Shown: positions 1-8,478 of the stretch, piece after piece
Numbering within the stretch: position 1 is the first letter of the stretch
Layout: the number at the start of each line of letters is the position of its first letter
From: Betaproteobacteria bacterium
GTDB lineage: Bacteria > Pseudomonadota > Gammaproteobacteria > Burkholderiales > Burkholderiaceae_E
Direction of reading: 5' to 3'
Length of the DNA stretch: 64,000 nt
Assembly (NCBI GenBank): GCA_043789035.1
Contig: JAYWIG010000039.1
Coordinates: 2,434 to 66,433 of the forward strand
Translations under genes and position numbers: made by a program
The notes under the pieces: generated by a model
What the model saw: the letters and a program-made list of their open reading frames with translations, nothing else
Database searches by the model: none
Told to the model about the DNA's origin: nothing

Positions 1-1
1 T

Positions 2-412
2 TTTGATAGAGAAGTGATTCTCTCGTTAATCAACCAAATGGATGACATTTTGGATTTGATCCAAGACGTCGGCGAATCGATGTTGCTCTACGATATTCAA
101 GAAATAACGCCAGAGGCGCAACAGCTGGCTGATATTAATCAAATGTGTTGTGATCGAGTCAAAGCGGCGGTAAATCTATTAAAGTCGATGGATAACGCCG
201 AAGCAATCTTGAAGCTGTGCCAAGAGATTGACAGGCTTGAGAGCGACGCCGATAGAGTAATGCGCGCAGCAATGTCGAAACTTTTTCGTGGTGAATCGGA
301 TGTTCGTCAGCTCATCAAGCTAAAAGCTATTTATGAATTACTCGAAGCAGTTTCTGATAAGTGCGAGGATGTTGCTAATGTGCTTGAAGGCGTTGTCCTA
401 GAAAACGCTTGA
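2..412 (+). CDS. DUF47/PhoU-like putative phosphate-transport regulator (partial, 5' end off-window)
   Basis: The frame is open from nt 2, with no stop upstream of the GTG at 14. The product is acidic and helical. It ends 7 nt before a PiT transporter, matching the conserved DUF47-PiT gene pair. Confidence 0.65.
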   Translation, partial: FDREVILSLINQMDDILDLIQDVGESMLLYDIQEITPEAQQLADINQMCCDRVKAAVNLLKSMDNAEAILKLCQEIDRLESDADRVMRAAMSKLFRGESDVRQLIKLKAIYELLEAVSDKCEDVANVLEGVVLENA

Positions 413-419
413 GACGTAG

Positions 420-1430
420 ATGATGGCAACTCAAATGACCGTTTCAGTTTTAGTATTCTTGGTTATTTTAGCGCTTGCGTTTGACTTTATGAACGGCTTT
501 CATGATGCCGCGAATTCCATTGCAACCGTTGTGTCCACAGGTGTTTTGAAACCTCTTCATGCGGTTGCTTGGGCGGCATTTTTCAACGTCGTTGCGATTT
601 TCTTGTTTGAACTTAAAGTTGCGGCGACGGTCGGTAAAGGCATTGTCGATCCTAAGCTAATAGACCACTATGTGATCTTCGGCGCACTCGTGGGTGCGAT
701 CTCGTGGAATCTAATTACCTGGTTTTACGGTATTCCTTCAAGTTCGTCACATGCGCTAATCGGCGGCATGATGGGCGCCATGATGGCCAAGGCTGGCACT
801 GGTGGCTTAGTATCGACAGGCATCATCAAAGCTGCCACATTCATCTTGTTGTCTCCCTTGATGGGTTTTTTGCTTGGGTCATTATTGATGTTGGCGATTG
901 CTTGGATATTTGTCAGAGCAACACCGAAAAAGACAGACAAATGGTTTCGACGATTACAGCTAATTTCATCAGCGTTGTATAGCTTAGGACACGGCAGCAA
1001 TGATGCCCAAAAGACAATGGGCATTATTTGGTTACTTTTGATCGCAGCTGGCTCCGTCGGGCTGGATGCAAAAATGCCGCCGCAATGGGTCATTTGGTCT
1101 TGCTATCTAGCCATCGGCGCCGGAACGCTGTTCGGTGGATGGCGCATTGTGAAAACAATGGGCCAGAAAATCACCAAGTTGCGACCTGTCGGCGGTTTTT
1201 GTGCTGAAACTGGCGGCGCCCTCACACTATTTGTTGCTTCAGGGTTTGGTATTCCCGTATCGACGACGCACACAATTACTGGCGCAATTGTCGGCGTAGG
1301 GTCGTCTCAAAAGATTAGTGCAGTCCGCTGGGGGGTTGCGGGAAGCATTGTATGGGCTTGGGTACTTACCATCCCGGCATGCGCAATTATCGCTGCTATT
1401 TCTTGGTGGATAGGCAAACAAATTCTTTAA
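420..1430 (+). CDS. pit: PiT-family inorganic phosphate transporter
   Basis: 336 aa and polytopic. The PiT signature GFHDAANSIAT is near the N-terminus and its internal repeat GHGSNDAQKTMG is in the second half. Confidence 0.9.
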   Translation: MMATQMTVSVLVFLVILALAFDFMNGFHDAANSIATVVSTGVLKPLHAVAWAAFFNVVAIFLFELKVAATVGKGIVDPKLIDHYVIFGALVGAISWNLITWFYGIPSSSSHALIGGMMGAMMAKAGTGGLVSTGIIKAATFILLSPLMGFLLGSLLMLAIAWIFVRATPKKTDKWFRRLQLISSALYSLGHGSNDAQKTMGIIWLLLIAAGSVGLDAKMPPQWVIWSCYLAIGAGTLFGGWRIVKTMGQKITKLRPVGGFCAETGGALTLFVASGFGIPVSTTHTITGAIVGVGSSQKISAVRWGVAGSIVWAWVLTIPACAIIAAISWWIGKQIL

Positions 1431-2182
1431 TGCAAACAAATCCTTTAATGCCAACAAATGCCTATCAACAGCTTTGGATAGAACTCCCACCCATCAACGG
1501 TGGGCAGCCCCAGCGCTTGCTGGTATTCCTTCATGGAGCGGGTTCTAATCCAGATTCATTCGCACCCGTGGCAATTGCTTGGCAACTCAAATTTCCAACA
1601 GCGGCCGCTTTCATATTGCAGGCCTCTTTGCCCTCGGCGGTGCCTGCACCCGAAGGTTTTGCGCCACGATTCGATTGGCTACCATCGCACAACCATGAGC
1701 ACTCAGCAGTAAGAGGCGCTGCGCTTACCGTGGAAAAAGCGATTCGAACTATCCAGGCCGAGACGGGTTTAGGTGCTCATCAAACTGTGGTCATTGGTTA
1801 TTCACAGGGCGCAACCGTAGCCCTAGACACCGCTCGACTTGCCCCAAAGGTCGCCGACATAGTGGTGTCATATGCGGGCCAATTAAATGGTGCAATTCTT
1901 GCAGTCGAAAAAATCTCAGCGTCCGCGCTACACCTAATTCATGGCGAACTCGACAGCGTCGTCACCGTAGATAAGGCTCAACGCGCTTACTCCCAATTAA
2001 TGCTCGCGCATGGTGACGTTACGCTCGACATTCTTGAAAATGGTACACACACTATCGATCAAGACAGTATTAACGTGGGTACGACCCGAACCATGCAAAC
2101 TATTTTTCGCGGCCGCAAGAAAAACCTTGGCGTAACAAAAACCGAACGCCTTAACCCAATAAGCGCAGATAAACTGCATTAG
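1430..2182 (+). CDS. Phospholipase/carboxylesterase-family alpha/beta hydrolase
   Basis: The ORF-track start (1352) overlaps pit, whereas the ATG at 1430 overlaps the pit stop (TAATG). Motifs LVFLHGAGSNPDSF, nucleophile elbow GYSQGA, HGELDSVV and a late GTH give a Ser-Asp-His pattern. Confidence 0.7.
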   Translation: MQTNPLMPTNAYQQLWIELPPINGGQPQRLLVFLHGAGSNPDSFAPVAIAWQLKFPTAAAFILQASLPSAVPAPEGFAPRFDWLPSHNHEHSAVRGAALTVEKAIRTIQAETGLGAHQTVVIGYSQGATVALDTARLAPKVADIVVSYAGQLNGAILAVEKISASALHLIHGELDSVVTVDKAQRAYSQLMLAHGDVTLDILENGTHTIDQDSINVGTTRTMQTIFRGRKKNLGVTKTERLNPISADKLH

Positions 2183-2186
2183 ATAT

Positions 2187-3542
2187 ATGAACGAGTCGAA
2201 CGCAAAAACCAATATGAAAGATGCCGCTAAAAAACGTCCGAACATCATTTACATCGTAGCCGATGATCTAGGCTATGCCGATCTAGGCTGCTACGGCGGA
2301 AGAGAGCCTGTTTCACCCAACTTAGATAAGCTCGCGGCCAACGGCATTCGATTCACTCAGGGCTATTCGAACGCCCCAGTTTGCTCCCCTACCCGCTTTG
2401 CGCTCATGACTGCCAGATATCAATACCGTTTACGCGGAGCGATGGAAGAGCCTCTTGCAAGCAAAGCACGCGGCAATGCGGTCTTGGGCCTTCCACCTAG
2501 TATGCCCACGATGCCTTCGCTCTTGAAAGAGGTTGGCTACAGCACCGCTCTGATAGGCAAATGGCATTTAGGTTTCGAGCCGCACTTTGGCCCACTCAAG
2601 TCTGGTTATGACGAGCACTTTGGTCCAATGGCCGGCGGTGTAGATTACTTTACCCATAAAGATAATCCCGGAGTTCATGATCTTTGGCTCAATGGCAAAG
2701 AAGAGCATCGCGATGGCTATCTAACCGATTTACTCTCAAGGCATACGATTGAGTACATTGATAGGCACGCCACTCGGGCCAAAGCTGATACCCCATTCTT
2801 CATAAGCTTGCACTACACAGCACCTCATTGGCCCTGGGAAACCAGAGACGATTACGAAGTAGCCAAGAGCACTTCGAAGAACTTGTTTCATCTCGATGGT
2901 GGCAATATTCAAACCTATCGAAAAATGATTCATCACATGGATGAAGGCATTGGCTGGATTATGGAAGCACTAAAAAAGCATCAACTACTCGACAACACAT
3001 TCATCATTTTTACCAGTGATAATGGCGGCGAGCGGTTTTCCGATAGTTGGCCTCTGGTGGGCGGCAAGATGGATTTAACCGAAGGCGGAATTCGCGTGCC
3101 TTGGATAGCGCATTGGCCCAGTGTTATTGCCCCAAACCAAACGACATCCCAGCATTGCATGACCATGGATTGGAGCGCCACTGTCATGGATTGCGCTGGA
3201 GCGATGCCAAAGCCTGACTTTCCTCTAGATGGCGTCTCATTGATGCCCGTGCTTCAAAACGTAGGGAAAGAATTCGAGCGCCCCCTGTTTTGGCGCATGA
3301 ACCACAAACAGCAAAAAGCCTATCGTTTAGGTGATTGGAAATACCTTAAAGTGAACGAACATGAGTATTTATTCAATTTAAGCCACGACGCGCGCGAACG
3401 TTCAAATCAACGGCATAAAAACCCTGAACTTTTCGAGCAAATGAAAACCGCTTGTTATGCTTGGGAAGCAACTGTTCCAGAGATTGCGAAAGACGCTTCT
3501 ATCAGTCTAGGATATGGCATCGCTGACATGCCAGCCCGTTAG
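2187..3542 (+). CDS. Arylsulfatase (type I sulfatase, Cys-type formylglycine motif)
   Basis: Motifs IIYIVADDLGYADLGCYG, CSPTRFALMTAR (C-x-P-x-R), GKWHLG and FTSDNGG. Confidence 0.85.
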   Translation: MNESNAKTNMKDAAKKRPNIIYIVADDLGYADLGCYGGREPVSPNLDKLAANGIRFTQGYSNAPVCSPTRFALMTARYQYRLRGAMEEPLASKARGNAVLGLPPSMPTMPSLLKEVGYSTALIGKWHLGFEPHFGPLKSGYDEHFGPMAGGVDYFTHKDNPGVHDLWLNGKEEHRDGYLTDLLSRHTIEYIDRHATRAKADTPFFISLHYTAPHWPWETRDDYEVAKSTSKNLFHLDGGNIQTYRKMIHHMDEGIGWIMEALKKHQLLDNTFIIFTSDNGGERFSDSWPLVGGKMDLTEGGIRVPWIAHWPSVIAPNQTTSQHCMTMDWSATVMDCAGAMPKPDFPLDGVSLMPVLQNVGKEFERPLFWRMNHKQQKAYRLGDWKYLKVNEHEYLFNLSHDARERSNQRHKNPELFEQMKTACYAWEATVPEIAKDASISLGYGIADMPAR

Positions 3543-3550
3543 AACAAATT

Positions 3551-4234
3551 ATGCAAAATCAACTAGGCCTTTCTCATTTTTGGCAAAATGCCGACTCCGT
3601 ATCGCATGGCGTTGCGTACTTACTGTTGGCTATGTCGCTTATCAGTTGGTTCATTATTTTCAAGAAAATCTTCAGCGTCTGGCAGTCGAAAAAAGCAGCG
3701 AAATTTGCTGCAGATGACTTTTGGAATACTGCGACTCTAACCGATGGAAGTAAAGCACTATCGGCAGCGGATACATCAGGTGTTTTTAGTGGCCTCGCCG
3801 TCAAGGCTGTGCAAGCGGCGTCCTTAGAACCATCGAGCGAACTCATCGCACATTTCGACAAAGAAGCGTTGATTACTCGCACCCTACGTCAAGAAATAAA
3901 TGCAAGCTCTGCGCAGATGGAAAGCGGCTTAACGATTTTGGCATCAGTTGGCAGCGTTTCTCCATTTGTGGGTTTGTTCGGAACCGTGTGGGGCATTTAC
4001 CATGCACTGATCAATATCGCTGCAAATGGTCAGGTGCTCATTGATAAAGTTGCAGGCCCAGTGGGCGAAGCCCTGATCATGACGGCGGCAGGTTTAGCCG
4101 TTGCCATCCCCGCGGTACTTGCCTACAACGCTTTTGTACGAGCAAATCGAGTAACGCAGGCCCAGCTCGACAGCTTTGCTTACGATTTACTTGGTGTGTT
4201 AACGGCCGGTAAACGAGTCAGCAAACAAGGGTAG
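3551..4234 (+). CDS. exbB: MotA/TolQ/ExbB proton-channel protein
   Basis: 227 aa with 3 TM segments. The C-terminal channel motif is GTVWGIYHAL...GPVGEALIMTAAGLAVAIPAVLAYN. Confidence 0.85.
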   Translation: MQNQLGLSHFWQNADSVSHGVAYLLLAMSLISWFIIFKKIFSVWQSKKAAKFAADDFWNTATLTDGSKALSAADTSGVFSGLAVKAVQAASLEPSSELIAHFDKEALITRTLRQEINASSAQMESGLTILASVGSVSPFVGLFGTVWGIYHALINIAANGQVLIDKVAGPVGEALIMTAAGLAVAIPAVLAYNAFVRANRVTQAQLDSFAYDLLGVLTAGKRVSKQG

Positions 4235-4238
4235 CATC

Positions 4239-4718
4239 ATGGCATTTGGAAGTATTGACGGCCAAAGTAACAAGCAGCCTATGGCTGAAATCAACACCAC
4301 CCCTCTTGTGGACGTGATGCTAGTGTTGCTAGTGATATTCATCATCACGGCACCCTTGTTTACTCACGCCATTAAGCTAGAACTGCCTACGGCACAAGCG
4401 CCTATAGCACCAGAAAAACCAGAGACAATCACGCTCGCGATAGACCCAGCCGGTAAGCTTTTTTGGAATAATGACGCGGTCACAACTGACGAAGACTTAA
4501 AGCGAAGACTATCGCAAGCGGCTTTGAAAACTCCGCAGCCCGATATTCAACTTCGGGCGGATAAAGATACGAAGTATCAGCGCTTGGCAGAGATTATGTC
4601 AGCAGCCCAGCAATCTGGGCTTGGGAAAATTGGCTTCGTTACTGACCCAAAACCGGACCCAAAACCGGCCCCAAAACCGGCCCCAAAACCGGACCGAAAG
4701 CCAGAGGCACAAAAGTAG
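4239..4718 (+). CDS. exbD: ExbD/TolR biopolymer transport protein with Pro/Lys-rich C-terminal tail
   Basis: It starts 4 nt after exbB. The N-terminal ExbD motif is AEINTTPLVDVMLVLLVIFIITAP and the tail is DPKPDPKPAPKPAPKPDRKPEAQK. Confidence 0.85.
   Translation: MAFGSIDGQSNKQPMAEINTTPLVDVMLVLLVIFIITAPLFTHAIKLELPTAQAPIAPEKPETITLAIDPAGKLFWNNDAVTTDEDLKRRLSQAALKTPQPDIQLRADKDTKYQRLAEIMSAAQQSGLGKIGFVTDPKPDPKPAPKPAPKPDRKPEAQK
4646..4705 (+). repeat. 12-bp in-frame tandem repeat (cccaaaaccggm x4 plus one degenerate unit) encoding (PKPx)n
   Basis: Read directly: units at 4646-4657, 4658-4669, 4670-4681 and 4682-4693, then a degenerate unit ccgaaagccaga. Confidence 0.9.
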
Positions 4719-4728
4719 TTTCCCTAGT

Positions 4729-5358
4729 TTAAGAAACCCACTTAATCAACGGCTGCCAGCTGCTTACGTCTTTATCAACACGCGAAGCTGGAACATCAAA
4801 CAACGTTAGGCCATGAGCAGCAAGGTGCACATAGTTTTGTGTATCACGCAGGTAAGCTGCAACCGGTAGTTCTAAGCCACCAACAAAGCGCTCAAGTTGC
4901 TCAGCCGCTTTAGTACGAGCATCAACGCGCATACCAACAATACCTACTGTGCTTCGAAACACCTTCGAAGTCTTGCTGCTCTTAAAAATTGCTTCTAGGT
5001 CTTTCAAGAATGCGCCAGTTGCAAGCACATCAAACATTGAAGGTTGCAACGGCACAAGGATTTTGTCTGCCACACGAACTACGTCGGCAATGAATTTCTT
5101 TTGCATCGCGGCGGGGGTATCGAGCACGACATGAGTTACGCCCTTAGGTGGCTTGGCAATACCAGAACTTAACTCCCAAGTTTGAATTGCCGCCGCATTT
5201 GTTGGGCGTAAGCCTAGCCAATGACGAGCTGATTGCTGCTCATCAAAATCGCCGAGCATAGCACTCTGGCCAGTGGCAGCGAAGTAACCCGCTAAATTCG
5301 TTGCAAGTGTTGTTTTACCGACACCACCTTTGGGGTTTACTACTGCGATAACTGGCAT
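4729..5358 (-). CDS. Orphan ParA/MinD-like P-loop ATPase
   Basis: The deviant Walker A motif is VVNPKGGVGKTTLATNLA. The likely start is MPVIAVVN at 5358; the ORF-track start at 5412 adds 18 aa with no family support. No parB-like gene is adjacent. Confidence 0.75.
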   Translation of the reverse strand: MPVIAVVNPKGGVGKTTLATNLAGYFAATGQSAMLGDFDEQQSARHWLGLRPTNAAAIQTWELSSGIAKPPKGVTHVVLDTPAAMQKKFIADVVRVADKILVPLQPSMFDVLATGAFLKDLEAIFKSSKTSKVFRSTVGIVGMRVDARTKAAEQLERFVGGLELPVAAYLRDTQNYVHLAAHGLTLFDVPASRVDKDVSSWQPLIKWVS

Positions 5359-5416
5359 GGAATCCTCATTTAAAAAGTTTGATGCATGGTACCAAACAGG
5401 ACGCCCAGTCACAAAA

Positions 5417-6271
5417 CTATCTTAACGAATCGAGCCTTTCACACAACACTGTGAGAGAGTCTAAAAGTTTTGTTGACGGCTGCGACAGCGTTGATTCTGG
5501 TAAAGAGATAAATGTCCAGGATGAGCTTTTATCGACGGCCCTTTTACGCCAGTACTCCTTTGCCGAGACATTGTTAGCAGAAACTATTGCACGAGTTTCA
5601 CTTAGGACTACGGCTTCAGGATTCACGACTGCTGAACTCTGAGTTGCAGGTGCCAATAAAACTTGAGCACCACAATGCTTCAGCGCATTGGCCATGAAAC
5701 TCGATTGGCCAACTGTCATTAACGGCTCAGACCAAACCTGCACAAATACAGGTACTACCCGCGCATGGATTCGAGTTTCTAACGATTTCTTATAGGATTC
5801 AACTCGTTGGCTTGCTCTGCTTGGAGGCTGCTGCGAAATTGTTAGCAGTACCTCAAAATTGGCAATAATGTCCTTAAGCGTTTTTGGTTCACTCACAAAC
5901 ACGCGTAGCCCTAAGGACTCTAAACGAGAAACACTAGTTGCCTTTAGACCTGCGCCCCAAAGCATTACTAAATCGGGCTTCAATTTCGCAATGTTCTCAA
6001 TTGACGGCTCGGGAAAAGCTGACAAGCGAACCACTCTCTTTTCGGCAATCTTGCTGTGAACATCAACCGCAATAATCTGCCTATCAAGCCCTGCCTCAAA
6101 AGCCATGTCTGTTAGGTGGGCAGAGAGCGTCACAACGCGATTCGGCTTACCTAACAAAACAATTTCACGCCCCCAATCGTCTTTCAAAGTGATGGGGGAA
6201 ATGGCGCCCGCGAAGCCTATTGAATAAATGCAATAGGCGATAAAAAAGCAGGCTTTCGAAACTATCTTCAC
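5417..6271 (-). CDS. btuF: BtuF-like periplasmic binding protein (cobalamin/siderophore class III SBP)
   Basis: It has a signal peptide. The segment RVVTLSAHLTDMAFEAGL...KLKPDLVMLWGAG...SLGLRVFV parallels E. coli BtuF. Its start overlaps the btuB stop by 4 nt. Confidence 0.7.
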   Translation of the reverse strand: MKIVSKACFFIAYCIYSIGFAGAISPITLKDDWGREIVLLGKPNRVVTLSAHLTDMAFEAGLDRQIIAVDVHSKIAEKRVVRLSAFPEPSIENIAKLKPDLVMLWGAGLKATSVSRLESLGLRVFVSEPKTLKDIIANFEVLLTISQQPPSRASQRVESYKKSLETRIHARVVPVFVQVWSEPLMTVGQSSFMANALKHCGAQVLLAPATQSSAVVNPEAVVLSETRAIVSANNVSAKEYWRKRAVDKSSSWTFISLPESTLSQPSTKLLDSLTVLCERLDSLR

Positions 6272-8190
6272 TCGTATGAAACGCCAATCATGAAATACCT
6301 AGGAGTTGCGCGATAGCCTGAAGCAAGTTGATATTGCTTATCGAGCAGATTACCGACTTTGCCAAATACTGACCAAGCCCCAAAGCCATAACTCGTTGAT
6401 AGGTTCAACACGCCGTAACCACCTAAACGTGCACCATCGGTATCGAAACGATTACCTTGAAACTGCCATTGCGCTGAAGCTCGCATGCCATTTTTCCGGT
6501 TTGTTATCGCTGCAGCATCTTGCCAGCTCATAGCAAATGAACCGTGTACATTGGCTCTGCGCGCCAATCGCCCCACGACAGGCTGAAAGGTTGAGAAATC
6601 AGTGTAATTGCCTTCAGTATCTTGCACCGTGACATTGCCGCGCAATCGAATACTTCCCAATTGTTGACTGGCTTCAATCGTTGCGCCGCTGACTTTGGCC
6701 GCGTCATAGTTTTGCGAAACAAACGAAGAATCCAATTCAATTGCCTGCCGGATTTTTTGCGTAAATGCAGTCAGTTTAAAAGTCTGCTGGGCTTGCCGAT
6801 ATTGGGCGCCTATCTCGTAACCCAAAGACTTCTCAGGCTTCAACAGTGGGTTAGGCCCGAAAGGGTTGTACAGGTCATCAAAGGTCGGTGCTCTAAAGGC
6901 ACTGCCGGCACTAGCACGCAGCTGCCATTCCTTATTCAACGTAAAACCATAGGCAACTGTGCCGGTATTCGCTTTGGGGCTAAGTGCAGCACCTTCTGAG
7001 TGAATGGAATCATTGCGAAGTTGAAGCCGAATGCTGTGCTCATCAATGCGCGTTTCATACCCAGCAAAAACTGAATTTATACGACGCGCAGTTGCACCGT
7101 ATACAGAACTTCCAGTACTTACCCCTGGGCCCGTTACGGTCTGCTTTGACGTTTCTGCGCCTGCAAATAAAGAGCCTGCCGAAGGTTGCTCGCCAAGCTT
7201 AAATTGATTGGTCCAAGCCAAATTTAAAGTATCAGACTTCGGTGCGAAGGGAAAAAACCCTGACGCATCAAAATAGTCATAAGCAATGCTTGATTTGCCA
7301 ACTCGTAGTTCAGTGCCCCATGAGTTATTCAACTGGCCTTTCACAAAACCACTTAAGGAAGCAGTGCGGTAATCTAATCGTGTATCTGCGGGAAGAGAAA
7401 AGCTGCTGTCGTAAAAAGTTCGCCCTTGGGTAACAAAGCCGTTAAAACCAACATTGAATTGCGGCGCGATTTGATGCGAAACACCGACATTCAGCGCACT
7501 TTGGCGATTGCCATCTCTATCGGCTTGGTAACTTGATGAGCTAGGTAAAGTCGACTCATAACCCTTGGTTTGATCGCGAGCCAGAGATACTAACCATCGG
7601 GTTGATTGATCTGCGCCTGATACACCGGCATTTGCTTTCAAAGTCGAATTTGAACCAACCGAAAAGCTTCCAAAAGGTTTCACTCCTACGGGTGCGCCGT
7701 CACCGTTTTGGCGTGTAAATATTTGAATCACTCCTCCTATAGCAGCCGAACCATAAAACGACGAAGACGGGCCGCGTGATACTTCAATTCTTTCAATTGC
7801 CGCTAGCGGAATAAACTCTAAATTTGCCCCACCTGAAAGCGGGTTCTCTAACCGAACTCCATCAATGATGATTAGGGTCTGAGCAGTCTTTGTGCCTCGC
7901 AAAAACAAGCCACTGATTTTGCCTTGCCCGCCTTGCTGGGTTACCTCTAAGCCAGCTTCGATCTGCAGCAAATCGATCAGTGTCGAGGCTGGGCTATTGG
8001 CAATCGCCCTTCTATCGATAACAGTGGTGTCCGACAACACGTCAAGCACCGGTTGAATGCCACGTTTGCTCGTGATGTTGACGGTTTCAATCGTCGAATC
8101 ATTCTGCTGGGCAGTTGCGGTTGAATTAAACGCGGTTAAATTAAAAATAGCGCACGCCGATAGCGCCACTGCAATAGGCAATTTTTTCAA
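6268..8190 (-). CDS. btuB: TonB-dependent outer-membrane receptor, BtuB-like
   Basis: Plug and barrel motifs are present (IDRRAI..., GGVIQIFTR, terminal ...MIGVSYE). It lies downstream of a cobalamin riboswitch. I moved the start to the TTG at 8190, which gives MKKLPIAVALSACA and has GGAG 6 nt upstream. The GTG at 8217 is an alternative. The ORF-track ATG at 8277 lies inside the riboswitch. Confidence 0.85.
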   Translation of the reverse strand: MKKLPIAVALSACAIFNLTAFNSTATAQQNDSTIETVNITSKRGIQPVLDVLSDTTVIDRRAIANSPASTLIDLLQIEAGLEVTQQGGQGKISGLFLRGTKTAQTLIIIDGVRLENPLSGGANLEFIPLAAIERIEVSRGPSSSFYGSAAIGGVIQIFTRQNGDGAPVGVKPFGSFSVGSNSTLKANAGVSGADQSTRWLVSLARDQTKGYESTLPSSSSYQADRDGNRQSALNVGVSHQIAPQFNVGFNGFVTQGRTFYDSSFSLPADTRLDYRTASLSGFVKGQLNNSWGTELRVGKSSIAYDYFDASGFFPFAPKSDTLNLAWTNQFKLGEQPSAGSLFAGAETSKQTVTGPGVSTGSSVYGATARRINSVFAGYETRIDEHSIRLQLRNDSIHSEGAALSPKANTGTVAYGFTLNKEWQLRASAGSAFRAPTFDDLYNPFGPNPLLKPEKSLGYEIGAQYRQAQQTFKLTAFTQKIRQAIELDSSFVSQNYDAAKVSGATIEASQQLGSIRLRGNVTVQDTEGNYTDFSTFQPVVGRLARRANVHGSFAMSWQDAAAITNRKNGMRASAQWQFQGNRFDTDGARLGGYGVLNLSTSYGFGAWSVFGKVGNLLDKQYQLASGYRATPRYFMIGVSYE

Positions 8191-8239
8191 AAGAGAACTC
8201 CAAGTAACTTCGCCCACCGCGAAGCGTGAATAGGAAAAC

Positions 8240-8440
8240 CCTTTCGGCCGGTATCCGGGCTCACAAACCTCGATCATGTCGCCTTCCCAAACAGAAACTC
8301 ATTGCGAGCCCGTTCAGTGGCATGTTGACATCACCTTTTACCAAAATAGATAGCGGTTTGCTTACCGTTGCGGGGGCAGCACTGATAACAGTTTCCCGTT
8401 TAACTCTTTGAGCGTATTTTTAGTACGCCGAAAAAGCACC
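8240..8440 (-). promoter_or_regulatory. Cobalamin (B12) riboswitch in the btuB leader
   Basis: The minus strand reads AACGGGAAACUGUUAUCAGUGCUGCCCCCGCAACGGUAAGC, then AUGCCACUGAACGGG...GGGAAGGC, then the B12-box-like GAGCCCGGAUACCGGCC (8246-8262). This matches the conserved core of the E. coli btuB leader as I remember it. Confidence 0.8.
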
Positions 8441-8478
8441 GAAAGCGTCCTAATGATAACTTATGAAAATGAAGAGTC

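Noticed and set aside
4646-4705. Whether the short tandem repeat is CRISPR-like or a minisatellite mobile feature
   Set aside because: The units are contiguous 12-bp in-frame repeats inside exbD with no spacers. It is a coding low-complexity repeat, not a CRISPR array.
8191-8277. N-terminal extension of btuB from the ATG at 8277 (MIEVCEPGYRPKGFSYSRF...)
   Set aside because: The extension overlaps the B12 box of the riboswitch and precedes an obvious signal peptide. The TTG at 8190 with a GGAG RBS is more plausible.
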